Of a stretch of DNA of 64,000 nucleotides, positions 1 through 9,314 are shown piece by piece. The notes beneath the pieces were generated by a model. That model ran no database searches and was not told the DNA's origin. It was given only the letters and a program-made list of their open reading frames with translations. Numbering within the stretch: the stretch's first letter is position 1; each line of letters opens with the position of its first letter. Position numbers and translations under genes: made by a program. Origin of the DNA: Nitrospira sp. (GTDB lineage: Bacteria > Nitrospirota > Nitrospiria > Nitrospirales > Nitrospiraceae); assembly GCA_047150005.1 (NCBI GenBank), contig AP038806.1, positions 2,752,001 to 2,816,000 of the forward strand, in the 5' to 3' direction.

Positions 1-2
1 TC

Positions 3-353
3 GAGTCGCGCGGGTTCATCTATGGTGGAACCCTGGCCCAACGTCTCAAGGCGGGATTCGTCCCGGTCCGTAAACCCGGAAAGCTCCCGGCGGCGATCTA
101 TGAGGTGAACTATCAGTTGGAATATGGGTCCAACTCCCTGGCGATTCATCGTGACGCCATTTCCAAAGGGGAGCGGGTGCTCATCGTGGATGACTTGTTG
201 GCGACCGGAGGCACGGCGGTCGCCACGATCGAGCTGATCCGGCAGTTGGGCGGGGAGATCGCCGGTTTGGATTTTCTGGTGGAGCTCAAGAGCTTGAACG
301 GGCGGGATAAGCTGACCGGATATCCGGTCCATAGCACCATCCTCTATCCCTAG
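3..353 (+). CDS. apt: Adenine phosphoribosyltransferase (5' truncated by window)
   Basis: Frame is open from the window edge (ESRGFIYG...[11 protein letters not shown]); PRPP-binding motif [17 protein letters not shown] loop. Confidence 0.95.
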   Translation, partial: ESRGFIYGGTLAQRLKAGFVPVRKPGKLPAAIYEVNYQLEYGSNSLAIHRDAISKGERVLIVDDLLATGGTAVATIELIRQLGGEIAGLDFLVELKSLNGRDKLTGYPVHSTILYP

Positions 354-461
354 GGCACGCGTTTCTTTTCGACCACTACCCCTTGTCAAAGTCCCGGCAC
401 CCGTGCTATGAATGCCGAACTTTTTCCCGCCAATCGACGTGCATCAAGAGAGGACGGCGTC

Positions 462-1043
462 ATGGCAACCAAAACCCCTGCGAAAAAGAAACCGCCTATG
501 AAAAGCAAACCGACAGCCAAGCCGGTCGTCAAAGAGCCGAACGTTGAAGCCCCAGCGGCCGTCATTGAGAAGCCCGTAGCCGCCGAAAGGCCTCTGACCG
601 TCGCCATTTCTCCGCTCGCGGCCAAGCCGAAGGAATCCGCCAAGGAACGGGAGGCGCGCGAGCGTCGCCGCGAGGCGCTGCAGAAAATGCTCATGCGGAA
701 ACGACAGGAGATTCTCAAGGAAATCGAAGGCAGCATCGGCCAATCGCTGACGGAAGATCAGCAGCGGCGTCTGGAGTCTGCCCGCGATGTCGGCGATCAA
801 GCGCTGATGGATCTGGACCGCGAGCTGGGCATTTCTTTGATGGAAATGCGTAACCGCCGCCGCCAGGCTATCGACGAAGCGTTGGTGCGCCTGTCCGAGG
901 GCACCTACGGCATCTGCGCCGAATGCGGCGTCGAGATCAGCGAGCGCCGGCTGGAGGCCGTGCCCTTCGCCAAGCTCTGCGTCGAATGCCAATCGAGAGA
1001 AGAGCTGCTCGAGAAGATTGAAAAAGAAGAAGAACGCGACTGA
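462..1043 (+). CDS. dksA: DksA/TraR family C4 zinc-finger transcription factor
   Basis: Coiled coil with DVGDQA; C-terminal YGICAECG...ERRLEAVP.AKLCVECQ; AGAGGA RBS before ATG 462. Confidence 0.85.
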   Translation: MATKTPAKKKPPMKSKPTAKPVVKEPNVEAPAAVIEKPVAAERPLTVAISPLAAKPKESAKEREARERRREALQKMLMRKRQEILKEIEGSIGQSLTEDQQRRLESARDVGDQALMDLDRELGISLMEMRNRRRQAIDEALVRLSEGTYGICAECGVEISERRLEAVPFAKLCVECQSREELLEKIEKEEERD

Positions 1044-1184
1044 CGGCCGCCCTCGCGTCAGCCCTGCCCTGTCGGACGCTCCGCTGAAGCTCGACCCGAT
1101 CAATGTTCCGCGCGGAAACCCCAGCGGTCCGACGGCGTGCGCGCATGCCGGTCTCCTCGACCGCGGTGACCGTCAGGAGGCGCC

Positions 1185-1883
1185 ATGTCCGGAGTGAACG
1201 GTCCTCGCGCCGTCGTGCTGGTGAGTGGAGGGCTCGATTCTGCCGTGACGGCGGCCATCGCGCGTCGGGACGGCCAGGATCTCCATTTTCTCACGTTCGA
1301 GTACGGCCAACGTCACGCTGTGGAGGTTCGCCAAGCGCGGCGGCTGGCGGAGGCGATGGCGGTGATGCATCATGTGGTCTGTTCAGTCGATCTTCGTGCA
1401 ATCGGCGGATCGGCCCTCACCGGTGATCTGGCGGTGCCGAAAGATCGTGAGAGGCCGGAACGAACCGCGGAGATTCCAGTGACCTATGTGCCGGGGCGGA
1501 ACCTCATCTTTCTGTCCCTGGCGGCGGCCTACGCCGAAACGATCGGGGCTGACTCCGTGTACTTCGGCGCCAACGTTCTCGACTATTCGGGGTATCCGGA
1601 CTGCCGCCCGGAGTTCATCCGTGCGTTCGAAGGAGCGGTAAAGGAAGGCACCAAGGCCGGCGTCGAGGGACGGGCCTTGCGGGTGCTGGCACCCTTGCTT
1701 GCGCTGTCGAAGGCCGAGATCATTCGGGAAGGCGTGGCGCTGGGCGTGCCGCTCGCGCTCACGCACAGTTGCTATGACCCGGTGGGCGAACTGGCCTGCG
1801 GACGATGCGACAGTTGCCGCATCCGGCGCGATGGATTTCGGATGGCCGGGGTTGTAGATCCCACACGATATGCGCTAACGTAA
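1185..1883 (+). CDS. queC: 7-cyano-7-deazaguanine synthase
   Basis: SGGLDS, YGQRH, TYVPGRN, YPDCRPEF, SCY...CGRCDSC motifs. Confidence 0.95.
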   Translation: MSGVNGPRAVVLVSGGLDSAVTAAIARRDGQDLHFLTFEYGQRHAVEVRQARRLAEAMAVMHHVVCSVDLRAIGGSALTGDLAVPKDRERPERTAEIPVTYVPGRNLIFLSLAAAYAETIGADSVYFGANVLDYSGYPDCRPEFIRAFEGAVKEGTKAGVEGRALRVLAPLLALSKAEIIREGVALGVPLALTHSCYDPVGELACGRCDSCRIRRDGFRMAGVVDPTRYALT

Positions 1884-1887
1884 CACG

Positions 1888-2055
1888 ATGTCGCCGGAAG
1901 AATTCTTCATGTATCTGACGATCGGGCTGATCGTCATCGCTCCCATCGGAGCCAGGCTCTATCGGCGTATGACCTTGCGCCGCACGCAAGCCATGCTTCG
2001 CGAACAGTTCGGCCACGGCGACGCGGCTGAGCGCGGACCCGGTGCCGGCCGGTGA
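1888..2055 (+). CDS. Small single-pass membrane protein (55 aa, not in ORF track)
   Basis: MSPEEFFMYLTIGLIVIAPIGARLYRR...; starts 4 nt after the queC stop and its TGA overlaps the next GTG (GTGA coupling). Confidence 0.6.
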   Translation: MSPEEFFMYLTIGLIVIAPIGARLYRRMTLRRTQAMLREQFGHGDAAERGPGAGR

Positions 2056-2453
2056 GACGGAATCGGGAATCCGGCTTCCTATGGTCGTGGAGGCTGGGCG
2101 TCGTCCTGCTCATCACGGCGGCGGCCTGCGATCCGCCGCAGCCGACTCCTGCAGCCGGAGGCTCGGCGCTCCCCGCGGACCTGCAGCCGGGCGAGACCAA
2201 GTTCAACGCCAATTGTTCCGTCTGCCACGGAAAACAGGGGACCGGCACCGCGCAAGGTCCTCCGCTGGTCCATAAGATTTACGAACCCAATCACCACGGC
2301 GATGCAGCCTTTCAGCGGGCTGCGGCCAACGGGGTGCGGGCCCACCATTGGGAATTCGGCAACATGCCGAAGATCGAAAGCGTGACTCCCGCAGATGTAG
2401 ACCACATCACGCAATACATTCGCTGGCTTCAGAAGCAAGCGGGCATCTTCTAA
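2052..2453 (+). CDS. Monoheme cytochrome c lipoprotein
   Basis: Lipobox-like TAAAC; CSVCH heme motif; distal MP (GNMPK). Confidence 0.9.
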   Translation: MRRNRESGFLWSWRLGVVLLITAAACDPPQPTPAAGGSALPADLQPGETKFNANCSVCHGKQGTGTAQGPPLVHKIYEPNHHGDAAFQRAAANGVRAHHWEFGNMPKIESVTPADVDHITQYIRWLQKQAGIF

Positions 2454-2639
2454 CCCCTGCCCATCCGAACGCTCCATCGATTCGGCCGACAACGGTCGGT
2501 TGGCTCTCCTCCTCGCTCGTTTGACTTTGTTTCAGTCTGCTACGTAAGGTGTATCCTCTGATGCGCGCAACCTGATCGAACGTGGCGGCGTGCGGCCCGC
2601 ACTGTCGATGCGGCCCGTCCTAACAACAGGAGGCTAGCT

Positions 2640-3476
2640 ATGAGGGAATCAGACTGTCGTATGTGGGGAGCGGGCATAGTGCTGGGGCTCATGCTGGCGA
2701 CGAGCGGTTGTGCGGCGATCGAAGCGGGCCATGAGGGTGTGTTTGTCGAGCAACCATGGTTCTTCGGGCACGGCGGCGTCGATCCGGTCCCCTCGAAAAC
2801 GGGGCGCGTATGGATTGCTCCGACGACGAAAGTCATCGACGTGGACATTCGTCCGGTCCAGTATTCGGAACACTTCGACATTATTTCGGCCGAGAACGCG
2901 CCGGTGTCGTTCGATGCGTTCCTGATCGCGAACGTCGTCGAGGGCCGCTCACCGGAGCTCATGTCCCGGTACGGGCCGACTTGGTATCTGAACAACGTGA
3001 AAGAAGCGTTCCGCACATTCGTCCGGGAGGAAGTACAGAAATACCCGCTCTTCCAATTGACGACGGATCCGACCACCCGCACCAAGTTACAGGAAGCGAT
3101 TGCCCGTGAAGTCCAAATCAAACTCATTGAAAAGCAAAACATCCCGATCCGGCTCAATCGGGTTGTCGTCGGCAGCATCCTGCCCCCAAAGGGCGTGGTG
3201 GAACAAACCACCCAGACGATCGTGCAGGAACAGCGGAAGATCACGATGGTCGAATTTCAGAAAGCGGAAGAAGCCCGCGAAAAAGCAGAGAAACAACGTG
3301 GCATCGCGGATCGGGCTTACCGCGAATCCCTGGGCCTGACCGCACCGGAGTTCGTCGACCTCCGCCGCATCGAGGTGCAGAAAGAGATTGTGGCGCATTC
3401 GCCGTCGTCCTTAACCGTCATCATGGGACTCGAGCGCTTCGGCATCAACATGCCGCCGCTCGCGGCCGAAAAGTAG
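2640..3476 (+). CDS. SPFH/band 7 (prohibitin-like) lipoprotein
   Basis: Lipobox TSGC, IEAGHEGV start typical of SPFH proteins, C-terminal coiled coil; AGGAGG RBS. Confidence 0.8.
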   Translation: MRESDCRMWGAGIVLGLMLATSGCAAIEAGHEGVFVEQPWFFGHGGVDPVPSKTGRVWIAPTTKVIDVDIRPVQYSEHFDIISAENAPVSFDAFLIANVVEGRSPELMSRYGPTWYLNNVKEAFRTFVREEVQKYPLFQLTTDPTTRTKLQEAIAREVQIKLIEKQNIPIRLNRVVVGSILPPKGVVEQTTQTIVQEQRKITMVEFQKAEEAREKAEKQRGIADRAYRESLGLTAPEFVDLRRIEVQKEIVAHSPSSLTVIMGLERFGINMPPLAAEK

Positions 3477-3625
3477 CGGTGTTAGGGGAGCCCCTGGCTG
3501 CTCTGTCCGTTGCCGGAGAAAAAAAATCTTCGGTATCCACTATATTGTGGGTCGGCCGATGCGGTATGATGCCATTTCTGAACCAAAAGCTACGAGCAGC
3601 AGCCGCGTCACGAAAAGAGGCCGCC

Positions 3626-4159
3626 ATGCAGAGCATCACCGAGCCCCTACGGACTGTGTCGGGAACCGGTTCTGAACCCGGCGCCATCGGACCGTCTACC
3701 CCAGAGGGCGACGCGGGCCCGCATCAGGCGATACCGGGGCCGCGGCGACGAGTGCTGCTTGTGGACGACAATGATCGGGATCGCCACCTCCTGAAGGTCT
3801 TGCTGGAAGAGCATGAGGGAATCGAGGTCGTGGGAGAGGCGTCCAACGGTGAAGAAGCCCAAGCCATGGCAGAGCAGCAACAACCGGACGTGATCCTCAT
3901 GGACATCCGTCTGCCGCGCACCACCGGCGTCGAGGCGACACGCCAAATCAACCGACGCCTGCCCGAGGTGATGATCATCGGGGTGTCCAGTCTCTATACA
4001 CCCCATGACTACAACGCCATGATTACGGCCGGCGCGGTGGCATTCGTTCGGAAGGAAGACGCCGTGGAAGCGTTGTATAAGACCATTCACTACTCCATGC
4101 GGCATTACCGTCACAATCGACCGACCGCTTTGGTTCGCAGTCCTCAGCGAGCCAACTAG
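3626..4159 (+). CDS. Stand-alone NarL-type receiver domain protein
   Basis: RVLLVDD...VVGEASNG...PDVILMDIRLP...FVRKE; no HTH; start codon uncertain. Confidence 0.85.
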   Translation: MQSITEPLRTVSGTGSEPGAIGPSTPEGDAGPHQAIPGPRRRVLLVDDNDRDRHLLKVLLEEHEGIEVVGEASNGEEAQAMAEQQQPDVILMDIRLPRTTGVEATRQINRRLPEVMIIGVSSLYTPHDYNAMITAGAVAFVRKEDAVEALYKTIHYSMRHYRHNRPTALVRSPQRAN

Positions 4160-4413
4160 TCCGCTCATTACCGCTGCCGTTTCTGCCGACCCAGTGCCGC
4201 GATCCCTGCGCGGCCTGTTCTGTTCACCCATCAAACTCCGAATTGGACACCTTATGGGCAAGCCTCTTCTTGCGAGTAGCCGTCAACGCATTGCCCATTT
4301 CTCTGGCAGCCGATCACCAAGACGTGGGTCAGCACCTTTGAATGTGTTGAGTCCAACAGAAGCCCTGGCTTCGAGTCAGCGAATATGCGACATTCATATT
4401 TTTTCGAGGCAAA

Positions 4414-5055
4414 TTGACACATAGAATGACACACAGTTCCGTTCCGCTCCAGCGGACCTTCCTTGCTCGGACCAACAACACCTGGCTCTCATCGTTAGCG
4501 CTGGTGTTCATGACACTACCGCTGCACGGGTGCGGGATGTTTGATCAGTTTTGGGACAAGGAGATTCGCCAAGTCTATTCACCGAAGACGTCTCGGGACA
4601 AGCAGAGGGACTTTTTCATCCAGAGTCTGAATTATCATCTGGGAAAATCAAAGGCTGATCGTATTCGGGTGTTCGGGCCACCTGACAAGTGTACGACCCA
4701 AAGCTCCGCTAAGGAGATATGTGAGTGGAAGCAGCTGAGTGATTCCCAGGAACATGTTGTAACCTACACGTATGGGAATGGCGATCTTGCCACCTCATGG
4801 AGTTACCGCGGCTACTTCGGTGAGTTCACGGATACCAATTATGCAGTGGTCGGGTCGGTCTCTTCCGTCAAGCCGCAACGCGAACCGGCACCCCCGCAAG
4901 AGGAGCGTTGGATACACCCGGCCAAGAACGATCGGCAATTCGAGCAGGACGATGTGCAGTGCAAGACCGAGGCGCAAATGTATCCCAAAGCCGTCTGGGA
5001 GACTGAAACTGAAAAATGCCTGAAGCGCCATGGATGGACACAAGGTCAGAAGTAA
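4414..5055 (+). CDS. Hypothetical lipoprotein (BamE/SmpA-like segment plus C-terminal Cys-pair module)
   Basis: Lipobox LHGC; GKSKADRIRVFGPP; C-terminal D..QC...CLKRHGW; start uncertain. Confidence 0.6.
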   Translation: MTHRMTHSSVPLQRTFLARTNNTWLSSLALVFMTLPLHGCGMFDQFWDKEIRQVYSPKTSRDKQRDFFIQSLNYHLGKSKADRIRVFGPPDKCTTQSSAKEICEWKQLSDSQEHVVTYTYGNGDLATSWSYRGYFGEFTDTNYAVVGSVSSVKPQREPAPPQEERWIHPAKNDRQFEQDDVQCKTEAQMYPKAVWETETEKCLKRHGWTQGQK

Positions 5056-5179
5056 CGCATATCCAACCGATGTTCTCAGGCTTAGGGTCTGATCGCGACG
5101 ATACCGGGGAAATTCCCAGGCAACGAGGACCGGCCAATCGAGTAAGGCTAGCCCGAGAAGGAAGCGGGCCGAGTCCTGC

Positions 5180-7498
5180 GTGAATGCTATCGACATGATG
5201 CCTCGTATCGGAACGGTGCACGCGCTGGTTGTTTGGTGGATCGTCATGTTCGGCTGCGCCGTGGCGACCGGCGTGGAACTTCCCGGAGGGAACACGGCTT
5301 CCCCCGCACCGCAGGGATCCCCAGGTGGTGGTGTGCTCGATGCGGCCGCCTTGGATGAATTGCGGGCCAAGCGTGGGAAGGCTGAGCAGGATCTTAAGGC
5401 TGCGCAATCTTCCAGCAACGGCGGCACAGCCAAGGGTGCGACCGACCTCCCGTCGGAGACGCGCCAGGAACGTCGATCCCTCCTGCAGCAGATCCTTCGC
5501 GGCTACGACGAACAGCTCGACGAGGCCGACCGGTTGCAGGAATCGGTCAAGCGGCTCGTGGAGGTTGAGCGAGCGAGTGCCGAATGGGAGGGATTTCAGG
5601 ACCCGCCGCCCTATTCCATCCTCTTTGTCGATCAACTCTGGAGTTCAACCCTTGCGCTTCGTCTGGCCGTCGAAGGGCTCCAATCTCAACTGAGCCTGAT
5701 CGCGTTGCGAGCCGATCGCGCCAGGGAGTTCTTGCAGGCTGCGGAAGAGCAGCTTCGCAAGACCTCAGAGCGATCGGAGGCGGCGGTCGATTCCGCCCAA
5801 GCCGCCCGGTTACGCACTCAACGCGAACTGGACGAGTTGCGCAAGCGTGCCGTGGCCGTGAGGGTCGCGGCGGCCGAGGCCTCGAAGCAGCGCGTCGAAC
5901 AGGAGTTGGCGGAAACCAGGGCACGACTGGCGTTCGTCGAACGGCAACTCGGAGTGGCCGAGCCGCGAGTGAGTTTCGAGGAAAAGGATCTCGACACGGT
6001 CCGCAAGCGCAACCAGCAGGAGCGACAACAGCTCGAAGACGAATTGGAGCGGACCGTCGCAGAGCGGGCCGTACAGGCGCAGGCGCTGCAGACCGATGTA
6101 CGGCAGGAGGAACAGTTCTCCGCGCGTCTCTCCTCCGGTGCTCCGAAATCGCAGGCCGTTCGGCGGGTCGAGCAAGCCAGGCAGGGGGTCGAACTCAGGC
6201 GGGCGCGTCTCGACAATCTGGTGGCCAGCGGGGATCTGCTCAAACAGATGTTGGACGTCGTGGAGGGGGAACGGCAGCTGTGGGAAAGCCGCTTCGCCAT
6301 CGCGCGGGACCCGGAACCGGGTCTGGCGCGCCGAGGCTATGCCAGGTTCGCCCCGCTGTTTGCCAATTTCAGCGCGTCACGCGACCATCTGCGGCAACAG
6401 CTGCTCGTGACCTCGGGACAGGTCAGCGAGCTGGACAATCGGTTTGCCCACGCGTCGAAGGCGCAGGACCGGCGGCACATCCAGGAGCTGCTCCAGGTCT
6501 ATCGCCAGCGGGAAGCGGCCTACAATCGTTCCCTTCAGCGGATGGACGACACGGCCAGCCTGTTCGAGCGTTGGCGGTCGCAGGTGAAGGATCAGCGCAA
6601 TGAATTGCCGCTGTCGGCCAGGATCGAGGACTGGATGCATCATGCCTGGAGCGGCCTGCGGACGGCGTGGGGCGTCGAGGTGTTCTCGGCCGAGGATACC
6701 ATCGAGGTCGACGGCAAGCGGATCACCGGCCATCGAAGCGTGACGCTGGGCAAAATCGTGAGCGCCCTCGTGCTGCTCCTGGTCGGCTACTGGCTGTGTC
6801 TCTATCTGGCCCGGGTCCTCGGCCGGCTGGCCGTGACACGGTTCGGCCTGTCGGCCGGCGTCGCCAATTTGATCCGTCAGTGGAGCCAGGCGTTTCTCAT
6901 CACCATGGTCATCGTCATCAGTCTGGTCTCGGTCAAGATTCCTCTGACGATCTTCGCGTTCCTGGGCGGAGCGTTCGCGATCGGCGTGGGCTTTGGCGCG
7001 CAAAACCTGCTCAAGAACGTCATCAGCGGCATCCTCGTGCTGATCGAGCGGCCGCTGCGAGTGGGCGATTTGATCGAGGTCGACCACGTACGGGGTCGGG
7101 TCACCACCATCGGACTGCGTTCCTCTACGGTGCGTGATGCGAAGGGCATGGATACGCTTATCCCGAACAGCAGCTTTCTGGAACGGCATCTCACGAACTG
7201 GACCTATTCCAGCCGCCAGAGCCGGTTTTCCCTCCGTCTGGGCGTGCCATACGGTTCCTCCACGCCGGAGGTGATTACATTGCTGACCTCGGTTGCGGCC
7301 GAGCACAAACAGATCGTGAAGGAGCCGGCGCCACAGGTACTGTTGGAAGAGTTCGGCGCGCAGGCCAGGATCTTTGCGCTGAACTATTGGCTGGAAATCC
7401 GTCCCGATATCGACCCGAACGAAGTGGCGAGCGAACTGCGGTTTGCCATCGAGGACAAGTTTCTCCAGGCGGGATGGAAGGTACTCCCGGCCGCCTGA
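5180..7498 (+). CDS. Large MscS-family (MscK-like) mechanosensitive channel
   Basis: Long periplasmic coiled coil, then GGAFAIGVGFGAQNLLKNVISG...RVGDLIEV...GRVTTIGLRSS...IPNS. Confidence 0.92.
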   Translation: MNAIDMMPRIGTVHALVVWWIVMFGCAVATGVELPGGNTASPAPQGSPGGGVLDAAALDELRAKRGKAEQDLKAAQSSSNGGTAKGATDLPSETRQERRSLLQQILRGYDEQLDEADRLQESVKRLVEVERASAEWEGFQDPPPYSILFVDQLWSSTLALRLAVEGLQSQLSLIALRADRAREFLQAAEEQLRKTSERSEAAVDSAQAARLRTQRELDELRKRAVAVRVAAAEASKQRVEQELAETRARLAFVERQLGVAEPRVSFEEKDLDTVRKRNQQERQQLEDELERTVAERAVQAQALQTDVRQEEQFSARLSSGAPKSQAVRRVEQARQGVELRRARLDNLVASGDLLKQMLDVVEGERQLWESRFAIARDPEPGLARRGYARFAPLFANFSASRDHLRQQLLVTSGQVSELDNRFAHASKAQDRRHIQELLQVYRQREAAYNRSLQRMDDTASLFERWRSQVKDQRNELPLSARIEDWMHHAWSGLRTAWGVEVFSAEDTIEVDGKRITGHRSVTLGKIVSALVLLLVGYWLCLYLARVLGRLAVTRFGLSAGVANLIRQWSQAFLITMVIVISLVSVKIPLTIFAFLGGAFAIGVGFGAQNLLKNVISGILVLIERPLRVGDLIEVDHVRGRVTTIGLRSSTVRDAKGMDTLIPNSSFLERHLTNWTYSSRQSRFSLRLGVPYGSSTPEVITLLTSVAAEHKQIVKEPAPQVLLEEFGAQARIFALNYWLEIRPDIDPNEVASELRFAIEDKFLQAGWKVLPAA

Positions 7499-7542
7499 CG
7501 CCGGCGATCGTCAAGAATCGCCCGGCACTCTCGGACACCCTG

Positions 7543-7893
7543 TCACCCTCGCTGCCAAATACGGAGTGCGAGATCCGCTTCGTTCTCCTGAATCAATTCC
7601 CGGAGCCGCCGTTCCTGATCGGGCTCCATCCGCAGAAATTCCACGCCAAATTCCGTGCCCCGCGTCCAGCGCACCGTCGCGAGCAGGATCTCCAGGGGAT
7701 TCTGACGGCGAGGCACCTCGATGCGCACGCCCACCTCGCTTGCCGACAGGGGGACGTCGCTCAACGCGCGGCAACCGGCGATCGAGAGGTTGAGGATGAT
7801 GCCGTTGGTGTGGACGTCCTTTGCGGAAAAGGATCCTGGATATTCGACCGGGTACCGAACGTGACGGCGTTGTTCGTGAGGAACCGTGCTCAT
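7543..7893 (-). CDS. PilZ domain (c-di-GMP binding) protein
   Basis: EQRRHVR (RxxxR), NLSIAG ([D/N]xSxxG), VRW, FGVEF. Confidence 0.9.
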   Translation of the reverse strand: MSTVPHEQRRHVRYPVEYPGSFSAKDVHTNGIILNLSIAGCRALSDVPLSASEVGVRIEVPRRQNPLEILLATVRWTRGTEFGVEFLRMEPDQERRLRELIQENEADLALRIWQRG

Positions 7894-8593
7894 CGTCTCG
7901 ATGCGTAAAGCCTGTTCACCCTCCGGAGAATCATGGAGTAAGGAAAGAAGGGCTCCGGCGAGCGACCGGCATTCGTATACACGCGCCGTTGGCGGAAACA
8001 AAGAGTCGTAAGGCTCCGAGCCGTCCGGCCCTATGTGTGTGAAATCGGCACGGAAATCAGCAGGATGGTCTTGCGTGAGTTGTCATCTTCATTCTTTCAT
8101 CCGTTCCCGCCCAGGTGCTGCTCTCATTGTACGGTCGGAGTAAGCGGTAGCAGTCCTCTAAATGCTGGTATTTATTTGAAAATGTATCCATTCGTCGCAA
8201 GAAATATTCTTGCATCGCTGTGCGACTTCATGTAGAAGCACCGTCACAGTTCGCAATGCTAACCATCGTGCGTGGCGTGTGAGCAATGCGATTTCATCCT
8301 TCTTCTCCAGCATCGCATCGACACTCAATCGACAGCATCCATGTGAACGTCAGTCGCGGTCTGATGCGCCGGGACTTCAGATCCGCTGAAGCTGGCTTCG
8401 CTCGTTCCTCTGTCGCCACTCAAGTCATCAGAACACCGTTATCGTCAGACCTGGATATAGCAGAACCGGTGTGGCTCTCGCAGTCTCTAGGTAGAGGTCG
8501 GGTGACGAAGCAACGGCTCAATATGACGGTCGAGTGACCGTGCGGTGCAGTTCATTGTCTCGCAGGTGATCATAGAAGCGGAAAGGAGAGGCC

Positions 8594-8944
8594 ATGCAGG
8601 AAGTTACGCCGGAAAACAACGCCAAGCGAGTTGAACCGTCTGCACCGCGCCAGGTGAGGCTGCGTCTGGTCGAACGCACGGACCAGCCGGCGATGGCCAA
8701 CTTTTCGACGGTGGCTGTGACGCAGGGGATTGCGTATCTGGATTTTGGATTCATCGAGCCGGCATTGCTCGGAGTCATTTCGCGACCGGTCCAAGGTGGG
8801 CAGCCGGCTTCCAAGATCGTCGACGGACATCGCGTCGCCCGTGTAGCGATGCCGCTCGAGCGACTGGTCGGGCTGCATCAGCAAATTCAACAGGTGTTGG
8901 TCAATGTGAAAGATGCGCGCGTGACGAAAAAAGAAAATAAATAG
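8594..8944 (+). CDS. Hypothetical protein, DUF3467-like
   Basis: AAAGGAG RBS; ANFSTV...YLDFGF...VARVAMP pattern. Confidence 0.6.
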   Translation: MQEVTPENNAKRVEPSAPRQVRLRLVERTDQPAMANFSTVAVTQGIAYLDFGFIEPALLGVISRPVQGGQPASKIVDGHRVARVAMPLERLVGLHQQIQQVLVNVKDARVTKKENK

Positions 8945-8946
8945 CG

Positions 8947-9033
8947 ATGGCAAGACGACACGTAGCTAAGCAAGCCCTTATCCTGAACATCACCCGGCTG
9001 GGCGACATCATCCAAACTCTTGCCGCCGTCTGA
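8947..9033 (+). pseudogene. N-terminal stub of a glycosyltransferase family 9 gene
   Basis: MARRHVAKQALILNITRLGDIIQTLAAV* resembles the GT9 N-terminal (L)GD(I/V)(I/V) motif, then stops after 28 aa. Confidence 0.5.
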
Positions 9034-9037
9034 GTCG

Positions 9038-9270
9038 CTCAGCGCGTGGGCGATCGAGCGGCCGGCTGAGTGGGGGCAGTGGGCCAATATGGATGAGGAG
9101 CCTGAGCAGATTGACGCGCTGCGGCGAAGTGTCGTCTAAAGCCAACCGTTGGGAGTGCTTGGTGGGTTAAGCAGGTCGTGGCGCGCTGGAATCTCGGCGC
9201 GACGATGCGTGGACGAGGACGTCCACGGAAAGAACTGGTGCAGATTGATTCCGGACACCTTTTATTCCAG
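9038..9270 (+). pseudogene. C-terminal remnant of a REP-associated tyrosine transposase (RAYT-like)
   Basis: LSAWAIERPAEWGQWAN..EEPEQIDALRRSVV*SQP, frameshift, then GSAWWVKQVVARWNLGATMRGRGRPRK; internal stop and frameshift. Confidence 0.6.
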
Positions 9271-9314
9271 CAAATCACAGTGGGGATTAGGCAAGTGAAT
9301 GAAAGGACGGCGGC

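Noticed and set aside
1185..1883. queC as part of a Dpd or QatABCD defence system
   Set aside because: Canonical queuosine-type QueC in a housekeeping context with no dpd or qat partner genes
5584..7306. Long alternative-frame ORFs (339 aa +, 309 aa -) over mscS
   Set aside because: Low-complexity shadow ORFs overlapping a well-supported gene
7900..8590. Long intergenic region with short ORFs, possibly an ncRNA or riboswitch
   Set aside because: No recognisable structured RNA consensus or convincing ORF by eye; an Rfam/Infernal search would be needed
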